From: a virus | Taxonomy: Duplodnaviria; Caudoviricetes | Length of the DNA: 64,000 nucleotides | Virus record (IMG/VR): IMGVR_UViG_3300028909_000001 | Strand: one strand, 5' to 3' | Shown here: positions 1 through 9,328 of the stretch, one piece after another | Position numbering within the stretch: the stretch's first letter is position 1 | How the letters are laid out: every line of letters begins with the position of its first letter | Notes under the pieces: model-generated | Told to the model about the DNA's origin: nothing | The model's database searches: none | Seen by the model: only the letters and a program-made list of their open reading frames with translations | Translations under genes and position numbers: made by a program

Positions 1-39
1 AGAAGTAGAGGATAAAAAGCCTTTACGATAACAAAATTG
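1..39 (+). mobile_element. Probable 3' end of a group I intron interrupting the AAA ATPase Walker A motif
   Basis: ATPase frame has TAA at 13-15 and the Walker A lacks its first Gly (x-IPGTGKT); hairpin GTAGAGG/CCTTTAC at 5-26, then a short tail ending in G39, as expected for omega-G. Confidence 0.45.
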
Positions 40-807
40 ATACCAGGAACAGGGAAAACAGCAATTGCCAAAGCCACTGCAAATCAGTTTGGCTTTCCGT
101 TGTTTCAGTTAGATATAGGAAGTTTATTTGGTAAGTATGTGGGTGAAAGTGAGGAAAACTTCCGTAGAGTAATTGAAACAGTTGATAGTATTGGACGGTG
201 TGTGTTGTTCATCGACGAAATTGAAAAAGGTCTGAATCGTAATGCAGTATCTGGTGCTGGTGACTCAGGTACATCTTCTCGTACGTTTGCTACACTATTA
301 AGTTGGTTGAGTGATCACAAATCTCCCGTATTTGTTATAGCCACCACTAATGATCATACTAAACTCCCACCCGAGTTTATTCGTAAAGGCAGGTTTGATG
401 ATGTATTCTGGGTCGACTTGCCTACACTAGCTGAGAGAATATCGATCTTTGATGTGTTAATTAAGCGGTATTTTCGAGAGCCAGCCAAGTATAACCTGGC
501 TAAACTTGCTGAGAAGACTGAAGGTTTTACTGGTGCTGAAATTGAAGAAGTTATCAAAGGTGCCATGTTTAACCGGTTTGATAAAGATGGTAAGGAATTC
601 ACTAACACTGACTTGCTGGATGAGATTAACAGTACTCAACCAATCAGCGTTACGTCCAAAGTTGATATTGATGCTATGCGGGAGAAGGCGGTGGGCAAGC
701 TCAGAGTTGCTAGCGTTAGTGGTTCAGTGAAAATGTTTACCATGGATGAAACTAAGCGAAGAACTGAAGGTAACGGTGAAGACAGAGCGTTAGATCCGTT
801 TAACTAA
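40..807 (+). CDS. Ycf46-like AAA+ ATPase, C-terminal part (5' part outside window)
   Basis: PGTGKT Walker A, LFIDEIEK Walker B, KYVGESE pore loop, RKGRFD arginine finger; ends DRALDPFN. Confidence 0.85.
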   Translation: MPGTGKTAIAKATANQFGFPLFQLDIGSLFGKYVGESEENFRRVIETVDSIGRCVLFIDEIEKGLNRNAVSGAGDSGTSSRTFATLLSWLSDHKSPVFVIATTNDHTKLPPEFIRKGRFDDVFWVDLPTLAERISIFDVLIKRYFREPAKYNLAKLAEKTEGFTGAEIEEVIKGAMFNRFDKDGKEFTNTDLLDEINSTQPISVTSKVDIDAMREKAVGKLRVASVSGSVKMFTMDETKRRTEGNGEDRALDPFN

Positions 808-813
808 AAATAT

Positions 814-842
814 GGGGAAGCTAGCATTAAACTAGCTTCCCC
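814..842 (+). terminator. Strong intergenic hairpin
   Basis: GGGGAAGCTAG / CTAGCTTCCCC 11-bp stem. Confidence 0.6.
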
Positions 843-851
843 TATCTATTT

Positions 852-1262
852 ATGGGAATGTTCGATCAAATAAAATGCAAATATCCATTACCAGTCACTG
901 AGTTTCAAAATACTACATTTCAAACCAAAGATACTCCTGCCCAAGCTTGTGATTTATACGAGATTAGGGAGGACGGCACACTTTGGTATGAGAATTATGA
1001 TCAAGAAGATCAGAGTGAACGAGGTATATGGATTAAAAATCATCCTGACCAAGAACCTCCAGAAGAATTAAAGGGGTTGCGAGGATTCATAGGTTGTGGT
1101 GCCAAGGTTAATAGACGGTGGGAACAAGTTATTTTTACCGGAGAGATTTGTTTTTATGAAGCTCTTGGAAAAGATTATACTGGTTGGATAGAGTTTTCCG
1201 CCTACTTCGAAAACGGAAAAGTGGTAAGACTTAATCTTATAGCACATAAAAAACCTGATTAA
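852..1262 (+). CDS. Hypothetical protein
   Basis: 136-aa ORF in tightly packed + strand run. Confidence 0.7.
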   Translation: MGMFDQIKCKYPLPVTEFQNTTFQTKDTPAQACDLYEIREDGTLWYENYDQEDQSERGIWIKNHPDQEPPEELKGLRGFIGCGAKVNRRWEQVIFTGEICFYEALGKDYTGWIEFSAYFENGKVVRLNLIAHKKPD

Positions 1263-1264
1263 TT

Positions 1265-2251
1265 ATGAAGAATGTAGCATTGCCTGATTTGGAGAAACGG
1301 ACTAGAAACTTATTTCAATCAGGAAAATTAGTACAAGTACATGTCAGTAAATGGAGTATGATGGTAGGAGCAGATACCAAGGATTTAGGAATCGAGGAAA
1401 AAGATAGTAAAATCCCGGCATTTGTGACTATTGGAAAGAAAGCACTTTTTACTGATGAAGTTAGGTTGGTTTTTTCAAGAATAGAATCGGCAGCCAGGGC
1501 ATACTTGATCCACAATTCACATCAATATCCAATAGCTGATGCTCATTTTGTCCCCACCAAGCTGTTAGAGAAGGTTAGTATAGAATTGGATAAGTACCGA
1601 GCCGAGTTTTTCAAGCAAGTTGATAATCTTATTACTAATTACGAAGTATACAAACAACAAATGCTGGACAAGTACCCGGATTATGAAGATAATCTGTTAC
1701 CTTGTTATCTACCTATAAGTGAAGTTAGAAGCAGGTATAATTTTAGCATAAGTTTGTATGAAGTAGCATTTCCGAAGAAGATGGATAAGGTGACAAGGAC
1801 GGAAATTATTGCTCAAAATTTAGCAGCTGAAAAGGCCTCAGCTAAATATGAGGCACTAATGAAAGAACAATATCAGCATCATTTAACGCAAATGGAATCC
1901 TTTCTTAAAGAGAGTACTTTGGCGTTGCGTGGTGAGATAGTAAAGACTTTCGAAGTGATGGCGCAAAAGATACAAAATAGAGAAGTTATTTCTGGTGCAA
2001 ATTTAAAGACAATGAAGGCAGCTATTGATAGTTTTGATGCCTTGGATTTTCTTGATGACCAGAAAGTTAAACAAAATCTGGCTATTGTAAAGAAGTTGAT
2101 TAGTTCTGGAGCTGATTTTAAATCAGACGCTGAGATTGTGCAAAGGCTTAATACAGCCATTAATACTACCCTTGAAACTGCAAAATCCATTAGTGATATT
2201 GACACCTTGACCGGTGAGTATACTAGAAGATTGGATTTTGATGAACTATGA
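1265..2251 (+). CDS. DUF3150-like protein with C-terminal tag (RRLDFDEL)
   Basis: 328-aa helical ORF resembling DUF3150 by eye; ends in tag variant. Confidence 0.5.
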   Translation: MKNVALPDLEKRTRNLFQSGKLVQVHVSKWSMMVGADTKDLGIEEKDSKIPAFVTIGKKALFTDEVRLVFSRIESAARAYLIHNSHQYPIADAHFVPTKLLEKVSIELDKYRAEFFKQVDNLITNYEVYKQQMLDKYPDYEDNLLPCYLPISEVRSRYNFSISLYEVAFPKKMDKVTRTEIIAQNLAAEKASAKYEALMKEQYQHHLTQMESFLKESTLALRGEIVKTFEVMAQKIQNREVISGANLKTMKAAIDSFDALDFLDDQKVKQNLAIVKKLISSGADFKSDAEIVQRLNTAINTTLETAKSISDIDTLTGEYTRRLDFDEL

Positions 2252-2254
2252 ATT

Positions 2255-2617
2255 ATGGTAATATTTGAAGGAATGCCATACCCGTTAGATATGGTATATA
2301 TTAAGTTGGCAGGTAAGACAGAAATTGTCAGTATTCCACTTTTTGAAGCAGTGGCAATTCTAAATAATGCTTCTTTTGATTATAACGGTAGTAAGGCAAA
2401 ATCAATAGAAAAAGGAGTTGAAACTTATGTCTTTAAAGGTGATACTAGTAAGGAAAAGAACAAGGTATTCGTAGTGCCTAAAGAAAAGCTTAGAATAACG
2501 TTAGAAGCAGATATTTACGATAACAACAAAGCAGATAGAATAACAGATTTAGCTATACAACCAATGGATGAGTTGTTGGTTAATGAAGTAAAAAAATTAA
2601 TTGAAATTCAACAATAA
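2255..2617 (+). CDS. Hypothetical protein
   Basis: 120-aa ORF. Confidence 0.65.
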   Translation: MVIFEGMPYPLDMVYIKLAGKTEIVSIPLFEAVAILNNASFDYNGSKAKSIEKGVETYVFKGDTSKEKNKVFVVPKEKLRITLEADIYDNNKADRITDLAIQPMDELLVNEVKKLIEIQQ

Positions 2618-2635
2618 ACAACACATAAATAACAT

Positions 2636-3028
2636 ATGTCACACACTGTAAAAATCAACACTCAATTCAAAACCGAATTCATGACCTCTTTTCAAAGAGC
2701 GCTTACACATTTCGGTTGGAAGATTGAAAACGACAGCAAAATCAACACTTATCCTAGTGACCCGGCTAGAAATGAGGTTTATCCAATGGTGGCCAAAAAC
2801 CCCAATAATGGATATGATATCGGAATGAAGTTGAACGAGACTACCGGAGAAATCGAACTGTACGGTGATTTCTATGATGGTAGCATCTCCAAGACTTTGG
2901 GTAGTAACTGTGAAGCATTGAAGCAGGAGTATGGTTGCTGTGTCATTGAAGACAAACTAGCTTATGAAGGCTATGTTGCGACCCGGCATGTCCAGGAAAA
3001 TGGCATTGTCGATATTTACGCTGAATAA
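2636..3028 (+). CDS. DUF1257/Ycf35-like protein
   Basis: MSH-x-V-x-I-x-T start, ...YDIG...GEIELYGDFY; usual neighbour of Ycf46-type ATPases. Confidence 0.7.
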   Translation: MSHTVKINTQFKTEFMTSFQRALTHFGWKIENDSKINTYPSDPARNEVYPMVAKNPNNGYDIGMKLNETTGEIELYGDFYDGSISKTLGSNCEALKQEYGCCVIEDKLAYEGYVATRHVQENGIVDIYAE

Positions 3029-3031
3029 GCT

Positions 3032-3412
3032 ATGGTGAATACTGCTACACAGAAGCAGGGGCAGCAAGGAGCATGGGGTAATACTCATGCTCCTTCCAAG
3101 CCTTTACACAAAAAATATGAAGTTGGCCTGTCTGATAAGTTAAAGAGCAGGGTTGCTAATTTAATTCTTAATTACTTCTTGTTTGAACAGCCACCAGCAC
3201 AAAGTATTAAACTGGTTGACAATTCTTTGCGTCAATTAGATGAAGTTAATAATGTCTGGGCTGCTAGTGTACAAACAATAGTATATTATAAGAAGATAGC
3301 TCCTAGAGTACATACTTCTAGAGTAAGATTCCGCATCCTGTGTGAAAAAGATATCACTAACATCGAAACATCAAAAATTAACATCCACAAAAACCAAGTA
3401 ATATTTATATGA
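3032..3412 (+). CDS. Hypothetical protein
   Basis: 126-aa ORF. Confidence 0.6.
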   Translation: MVNTATQKQGQQGAWGNTHAPSKPLHKKYEVGLSDKLKSRVANLILNYFLFEQPPAQSIKLVDNSLRQLDEVNNVWAASVQTIVYYKKIAPRVHTSRVRFRILCEKDITNIETSKINIHKNQVIFI

Positions 3413-3615
3413 ACAAACCAAAAATTCACTTCCAAATTGCCAAAGACGGTAACGTTACTGTCATGGACGTTAAGGGAGCAGGCACTAGTTGTCTGGAAAC
3501 TACTTCAGGTATCGAAAAGGCGTTGGGTATTGTAGACGAGAAGTCTCGGGCTACTAATGCCAGTGCTTATGAAGACCCTGAACAGATTAAACTCGAAAAT
3601 ACCATCACTGAATGA
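3409..3615 (+). CDS. DUF2997-like protein
   Basis: I-x-x-DGNV...VKG-x-G-x-SC...IEKALG pattern. Confidence 0.7.
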   Translation: MNKPKIHFQIAKDGNVTVMDVKGAGTSCLETTSGIEKALGIVDEKSRATNASAYEDPEQIKLENTITE

Positions 3616-3839
3616 AAATTCGTGTAGGTACTGACGGTGTTATTTCTGCTGTCTATTCTGATAAGTTAATGAACATGAATCTGGGTAAATTGAAAGTTAC
3701 CAGAGCTAGTAATGTTGAGTTTAATGAAACTAGTCAGGAATGGGAAGCTAGAACACCTGAAAATGAGTTGATTGCTCATGGACCTAACCGGGATGCAGTG
3801 ATTAAAGAAGAAGTTAGAGTCATTGAATCTAGGTTGTAA
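3612..3839 (+). CDS. Hypothetical protein of the DUF1257/DUF2997 cluster
   Basis: 75-aa ORF, ATGA overlap, RASNVEF...W motif. Confidence 0.6.
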   Translation: MKIRVGTDGVISAVYSDKLMNMNLGKLKVTRASNVEFNETSQEWEARTPENELIAHGPNRDAVIKEEVRVIESRL

Positions 3840-3845
3840 GTAGTA

Positions 3846-3880
3846 GAGGGAGGTAGGCATTTATTTTGTCTACCTCCCTC
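3846..3880 (+). terminator. Strong intergenic hairpin
   Basis: GAGGGAGGTAGGCA / TGTCTACCTCCCTC 14-bp stem. Confidence 0.6.
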
Positions 3881-3893
3881 AATTTATATTCTT

Positions 3894-4340
3894 ATGAAAA
3901 TAACTAAAAGAGGTAATAGATGGTATGACGAAAATAATAATAGTTGGATAACTGAAGAATCAGCTACTCTATACTCACCTACCCTAACTAATTGTATATG
4001 GTGTAGAGATTGTAGTGATTGTATTAATTGTAGTTATTGTAGTCATTGTATTAGTTGTATTAGTTGTAGTGATTGTAGTTATTGTAGTGGTTGTAGTAAT
4101 TGTAGTAGTTGTAATAATTGTAGTCGCTGTATTAATTGTAGTAGTTGTAGTTATTGTGTTGATTGTAATGATTGTAGAGATTGTATTAGTTGTAGGTATT
4201 GTAGAGATTGTAGTTACTGTGAATCAATTTATGATCTGAGTAATAAGATAAGTTTTGCAGCCCAATTTAAGGATAGACAAGAACCAACTATTAGGGTGGA
4301 AATAGATATTAATGATAGAAAACTGGAACCAGATTTGTAG
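3894..4340 (+). CDS. Cys-repeat family protein, copy 1 (ends RKLEPDL)
   Basis: Conserved MKITKRxNRWYDENNNSW...YSPTL N-terminus, (Cxx)n core, tag. Confidence 0.85.
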   Translation: MKITKRGNRWYDENNNSWITEESATLYSPTLTNCIWCRDCSDCINCSYCSHCISCISCSDCSYCSGCSNCSSCNNCSRCINCSSCSYCVDCNDCRDCISCRYCRDCSYCESIYDLSNKISFAAQFKDRQEPTIRVEIDINDRKLEPDL

Positions 4341-4355
4341 TATAGTTCTTTATTT

Positions 4356-5489
4356 ATGAGTGAAAAAATAGTATTTAATTTAAACAAACCCAGCCCAACT
4401 TTTATAGCTAGTGCAGATATTCATTTAGGTAAGAAATTGTATAATTTCCCTGAACTTGAAGAAGATTTACGAGATAATTTTGTGAGACTAGTAGAATTAG
4501 CTATTGAAAAAGATGTACGGTATTTAATTATTGCTGGTGATCTATTTGAGGATAATAATTATACCAAACCACATACTATAGCCTTCATAGCTAAATTAGT
4601 GGCAAAATTAGCCTTACATGACATTAAACTGATAGGAATTGCAGGAGATCATGATAAGCCCTTAAAAGGTGAAGCCTGGATAAGAATTAGTGATATTCTA
4701 CCAGTTACTATAGAACCATCTTTTACTGGATTGGACTATTTTGATTACTCTTATGTAACTGTCGATGAATTAGTTACAGCTCTTACAGGAGATAAAAATC
4801 CTGAAAATATTAAGTGGATTTTCCTACATTGTCAATTTCCACAGTTATTCAAGATGGCAGAACCCAAGAAACTAATAGATTTCAATAAACTTGAGTTATT
4901 TAAGAATTTCCCTAATTTACAAGGTATAATAGCTGGAGACATTCATTCCGGTCCTGAAACCAAGGCTTATGGTGTTAATAGAGAGGCTTATGTAGGTTAT
5001 ACTGGTAGTTTGGGTATAACGGATATAGCTGAGTCTAGAACTGTAAAGTCAGTGTTATATTGTGATGGAAAGAATCTAATTAGACTTCCATTCCAGCAAA
5101 GAAGAGCCTGGAAAGAAATTAATTTTCAAGGAGAGGCAGCTGTAAATTTTGATGTTTCAGCTGAGTTAGAATGGATAAATAAAGAAAAATTTAAACCAGT
5201 TTTGAAAATAAACTGGGACAATAATAGTGACCCTTATATAAATAAATTAACAGCCTTATATGAAGCGGCATTGGTTAAATTACAACAACATCCAATTGGT
5301 TCGTTAACAAATGATGAATGTGAAGAAGTACTGACTAGTCGATCAGATATTACTACTGACGTTAAAATTGAAAAAGCTCTACATTCTTGCTGTGATGGGG
5401 ATGAGGATTTATATACCTTATCTTTATCTTTGTTAAATAATGATGTCAAAGACACATTAGACCAATTTAAAGCCAAATATGAATTATGA
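4356..5489 (+). CDS. sbcD: SbcD/Mre11/gp47-like DNA repair nuclease
   Basis: ADIHLG, AGDLF, GDHD and GDIH metallophosphoesterase motifs; upstream of Rad50-like ATPase. Confidence 0.85.
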   Translation: MSEKIVFNLNKPSPTFIASADIHLGKKLYNFPELEEDLRDNFVRLVELAIEKDVRYLIIAGDLFEDNNYTKPHTIAFIAKLVAKLALHDIKLIGIAGDHDKPLKGEAWIRISDILPVTIEPSFTGLDYFDYSYVTVDELVTALTGDKNPENIKWIFLHCQFPQLFKMAEPKKLIDFNKLELFKNFPNLQGIIAGDIHSGPETKAYGVNREAYVGYTGSLGITDIAESRTVKSVLYCDGKNLIRLPFQQRRAWKEINFQGEAAVNFDVSAELEWINKEKFKPVLKINWDNNSDPYINKLTALYEAALVKLQQHPIGSLTNDECEEVLTSRSDITTDVKIEKALHSCCDGDEDLYTLSLSLLNNDVKDTLDQFKAKYEL

Positions 5490-5986
5490 GCAGGCCGGGT
5501 TATTGGAAAACAAAAGATGCTGGTGAAATACCTTATAGTATAATGGAAAATAGCCACGTTAAACATGCATTACGGTACTTACGCAAGACTATATTAGCTA
5601 CAGATACTAAGCCGAATTATAGAGTATATTGTGAAGGTAAGTTAATAGAGTTAGGAGAAGAAGCACAAAGAAGAGGTATAATTACTTCAGAAGATATAAC
5701 TACTGATGCATTAATGGCTCAGATAGAGGTGTGGCAAACTGAATGGGATAGTAGACGAACTGTGATGCCAGTTATACAAAGTTCAATTCATACTCCATCT
5801 AATATTGATTTAAGTAATATATTTAATACAATACCAACTCCTATTAGTATATATAAACCACGCATTTCAGTTATTATAGATGTGGATAAAGAGTTAAGTA
5901 GAGTGACTGGTTTAAGAATATACAACCCTAATAAAGAATATGATGAGGGAATGTTCATTAATAGGAGATTGGATATGGAACTATGA
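5486..5986 (+). CDS. Hypothetical protein with C-terminal tag (RRLDMEL)
   Basis: 166-aa ORF ending in tag. Confidence 0.7.
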   Translation: MSRPGYWKTKDAGEIPYSIMENSHVKHALRYLRKTILATDTKPNYRVYCEGKLIELGEEAQRRGIITSEDITTDALMAQIEVWQTEWDSRRTVMPVIQSSIHTPSNIDLSNIFNTIPTPISIYKPRISVIIDVDKELSRVTGLRIYNPNKEYDEGMFINRRLDMEL

Positions 5987-6153
5987 ACACAGATGATTAT
6001 GATTTAATAGAACGGATTATTGTAGTAGGTGATCGACTAGTTAATTATATTGATTATCCTCCAGATAAATATGAAGCTAAAGCATTGGAAGATTGGAAAG
6101 AAGCTACTAGAATATTTAGATCAATTATAGAAGAAAATAAAAGAAATCTATGA
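5983..6153 (+). CDS. Small ORF (56 aa) absent from ORF track
   Basis: MNTDDYDLIERI...KRNL; ATGA overlaps at both ends. Confidence 0.6.
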   Translation: MNTDDYDLIERIIVVGDRLVNYIDYPPDKYEAKALEDWKEATRIFRSIIEENKRNL

Positions 6154-6545
6154 CAATAACAAAAAGAGATAATAGATGGTATGATGAAAACAATAATAGT
6201 TGGAATACTGAAGAAGCAGCTACTATCTATTCACCTACTCTAACTAATTGTAGTAATTGTAGTGATTGTATAGGTTGTAGTGATTGTACTGATTGTAGTT
6301 ATTGTAGAGATTGTAGCTATTGTAATAATTGTAGTGATTGTAGTAGTTGTAGAGATTGTATTTATTGTAGTAGTTGTATTAATTGTAGTAGTTGTAGAGA
6401 TTGTAGTAATTGTAGAAGTTGTATTGATTGTAGTAGTTGTAGTAGTTGTAGTTATCATGGTGATTGGATTGATGATAAGAAATATATACCAGAAGTTAGA
6501 CCGTTTATAGATTGTAGAGATAGACTATTAGACCCTTATTTATGA
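6150..6545 (+). CDS. Cys-repeat family protein, copy 2 (ends RLLDPYL)
   Basis: Same tripartite architecture as copy 1. Confidence 0.85.
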   Translation: MTITKRDNRWYDENNNSWNTEEAATIYSPTLTNCSNCSDCIGCSDCTDCSYCRDCSYCNNCSDCSSCRDCIYCSSCINCSSCRDCSNCRSCIDCSSCSSCSYHGDWIDDKKYIPEVRPFIDCRDRLLDPYL

Positions 6546-6555
6546 ATATACAATA

Positions 6556-8616
6556 ATGCAATTATTAGAATTAACATTACATAATTATAAGCTGCATAGA
6601 AACAAAACTTTAGCTTTTGAATCTGGTGTAGTAGGAATAGTGGGAGGTAATGCTAGTGGTAAATCTAGTATTATAAGTGCCATTTGTTTCTTATTTACTG
6701 GGGAAATTGATACACCAAAGAAATCAGATTGTATTACATTAGGAGAAACTGAAGGTTGGGTTAAGGGTAAGTTCTTATTAAATGGAAAGGAAGGTACACT
6801 AGAAAGACATTTAACCGGCTCTAAAGTTATATTAACTTATGATGATGTTGTTTATAATAAGACTACTGAAGTTAATCAGCTTTGGAATGACTTGTTACAA
6901 ATAGACAGCACTATCTTTAATAATGTTATAGTAGCTAAACAAGGTGAAATTCAAAGTTTATTCAGTGATGAAACCGTGGTCAGAGAAAAAATATTTCAAA
7001 AAATATTCATGGTTCCTAATACTGATAAAATAAGAAACACAGTTTGGGATAACTATATAAAAGTATGCCCACCAGAGAAATTAGAGGAAGACGTTCAGTT
7101 ACTTATTGTAGATCAGACTAACGTAGCTATCGAACGTAATAAAGCATTGGCCAAAATAGAAGAATATACTATTGAATTAGTAGATGAACATACTTTAAAG
7201 TGTTTCCAGGATAGGATTAATTTTCTTGAAAAGTGTATTACAGACCTGGATAAAAGGCCGGAATTAGAAAATCAGAAAAACTTATATGAAGTAGAAGTAA
7301 GTCAATTACATCAAATTATTATCGATCTTCAAGGTAGTTTAGAAAATTACCAGTCTAGCCTGGAATTACTCAATAAACTTAATGAATTTGTTGAAACTAG
7401 ATCAGTATTTAACAGGAGTCAATCTATAATATCTGAACTGGATGCTATAACTAAAAATATAGATTTAAATTTGTTGGCAGAGAAAAGGAGTGAGCTTATA
7501 GTTGCTGAAGATAGGAAAACTAGTAATTATGATTATCTACTCGAATGTAATGCTGATTTAAAAGAAGTTTTGAAACAGAAAAACAGTTTATTACAATTAA
7601 AGGGTCATGCTAATTGTCCTACTTGTTATCAAGCATTATCGGATGTTCAACCTTTGTTAATTAATCTACAAGTTACTGAAGATGAATTGACTAGAAAAAT
7701 TAATAAAGCTAATACAAGTTATCAAGTAGATTTAAAAGATGTTCAAAGATTGAATATTGAATTGTCTAAATATGATTCTTTGTTATCTAGAAAAGGTTAT
7801 CTAGAACAAGAGCTGGCCAGGACTAAAAAAGTTACTTATTCTGTACAAGAACATACTAATACTCAAACTTTATTAGATGGTAGGCATGATATAGAAGGTG
7901 AATTGACCAAAGCTAATAATAGGTTAATCGAACTTGATGCTGAAATAAGAGTAATTAATGAAAAGTTAAACAATCTGGCTATTTATGATGGAGAGAAATC
8001 AATAGAAGAGGAATTAGCTATATTACAACAAGTTATAGAGAATAATAATACTACTAAAGATAATATAGCTAATCTACAGTTAATTAGTGGTAAATTAGAA
8101 CATGAGCTGACTTTGTTAGAATCTAGAATAGTTCTTAGCCAGAATAATCATACTTATAATATTAGGAGGAAAACCTACTTAGATAAGTTGAATGCTGTTT
8201 ATGATATGTTTGCAGTTCATAAGTTTCCAAGAAAACTGATTGAAACTTATATGGATAATGTACAAAGCTATATCTCTAACTATCTGGATTACTTTGATCT
8301 ACCTTATACTATAGTAGTAAAAGACGGGTTTAGGATTAGGCTATGTGATAGTGCTAAGAGAGTACTACCCACTGTTTCAGGTGGACAAGAGGTAATGATT
8401 GGGTTAAGTTTGAGACTGGCTTTGCATCGAATGTTTGCCAAAGCGTTCCCTATTCTAATAATAGATGAAGGAACAAATCATTTGAGTGAAGTGAATAGGC
8501 AAAATTATTTTAATTTGATTAATGAACTTAGAAAACAAAAGGTTATCAATCAAATTATAGTAATAGATCATGATGTTGGTTTGAGCACAGTAGTTGACCA
8601 ATTAATGGAATTATGA
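6556..8616 (+). CDS. sbcC: SbcC/Rad50/gp46-like SMC ATPase
   Basis: GGNASGKSS Walker A, coiled coil, CPTC zinc hook, VSGGQ signature, IIDEG Walker B, IDHD H-loop. Confidence 0.9.
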   Translation: MQLLELTLHNYKLHRNKTLAFESGVVGIVGGNASGKSSIISAICFLFTGEIDTPKKSDCITLGETEGWVKGKFLLNGKEGTLERHLTGSKVILTYDDVVYNKTTEVNQLWNDLLQIDSTIFNNVIVAKQGEIQSLFSDETVVREKIFQKIFMVPNTDKIRNTVWDNYIKVCPPEKLEEDVQLLIVDQTNVAIERNKALAKIEEYTIELVDEHTLKCFQDRINFLEKCITDLDKRPELENQKNLYEVEVSQLHQIIIDLQGSLENYQSSLELLNKLNEFVETRSVFNRSQSIISELDAITKNIDLNLLAEKRSELIVAEDRKTSNYDYLLECNADLKEVLKQKNSLLQLKGHANCPTCYQALSDVQPLLINLQVTEDELTRKINKANTSYQVDLKDVQRLNIELSKYDSLLSRKGYLEQELARTKKVTYSVQEHTNTQTLLDGRHDIEGELTKANNRLIELDAEIRVINEKLNNLAIYDGEKSIEEELAILQQVIENNNTTKDNIANLQLISGKLEHELTLLESRIVLSQNNHTYNIRRKTYLDKLNAVYDMFAVHKFPRKLIETYMDNVQSYISNYLDYFDLPYTIVVKDGFRIRLCDSAKRVLPTVSGGQEVMIGLSLRLALHRMFAKAFPILIIDEGTNHLSEVNRQNYFNLINELRKQKVINQIIVIDHDVGLSTVVDQLMEL

Positions 8617-8632
8617 ATAAAGTGAAAGAATT

Positions 8633-8983
8633 ATGAAGAAACCAAAACCAATAACTGTAAGTCAGTTAGATTGGAGTGAGTGTATAGAATATTTGGAGAA
8701 GAAGTATGATTTTGAATCCCGTAATTATGCCAAGTCTAGTTATAGTACGTTCAATACAAAACCTTATCTAGATTTCTGGCATTATATATGTGATTCTCAA
8801 AATCCTTCTAATGGAGGTACTATTTATTTTGATAAAGATAGTTTGGATATATGTAAGTTTAATCATGAAGACAAAGACTTGCCTAAAGAGTTTAGAGGCT
8901 GGCGAGAGAAGATAATTGGGTATATCCTCAACGAATTCGGGGAAGGGAAAAACAAACAATGTGAATTCAAAACTGAATGGTAA
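8633..8983 (+). CDS. Hypothetical protein
   Basis: 116-aa ORF. Confidence 0.6.
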   Translation: MKKPKPITVSQLDWSECIEYLEKKYDFESRNYAKSSYSTFNTKPYLDFWHYICDSQNPSNGGTIYFDKDSLDICKFNHEDKDLPKEFRGWREKIIGYILNEFGEGKNKQCEFKTEW

Positions 8984-8990
8984 ATTAATT

Positions 8991-9218
8991 ATGAAAATAA
9001 CAACTAATATATATGGCGTTTTCTTTAAAGGAAACAATGGTAAATGGTCTAAGAACCCGGTTTACGAAGAACTAGTAAATGACAGGGAAATTGCTTCTAG
9101 TAGTGGGCTTGAAGAAACAGCCTCACCTAGAAAGCATAGAATAGCTTATAATAAAGCCTCAGCTAGAAATCTACATAAGAAAACCAAGCTTATGCGGATG
9201 GTTTGGGAAGAAGTTTGA
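8991..9218 (+). CDS. Hypothetical protein
   Basis: ATG at 8991 preferred over the track's overlapping upstream start. Confidence 0.55.
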   Translation: MKITTNIYGVFFKGNNGKWSKNPVYEELVNDREIASSSGLEETASPRKHRIAYNKASARNLHKKTKLMRMVWEEV

Positions 9219-9328
9219 TTATATGTTTTTATCTGGAATAATTGTAGGATTCCTGGTTAGACATATTCTATGGTATTCTGATAAGAGAAAAACGTTAGTC
9301 AATCTGTTTAAACATAATAAAGATAAAG

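Noticed and set aside
2228-2251. KDEL/HDEL-like ER retention signal or eukaryotic virus origin
   Set aside because: Family A polymerase, DnaB, RecA, sigma70 promoter, CCA-encoding tRNAs and ATGA overlaps indicate a bacteriophage; only one variant ends DEL.
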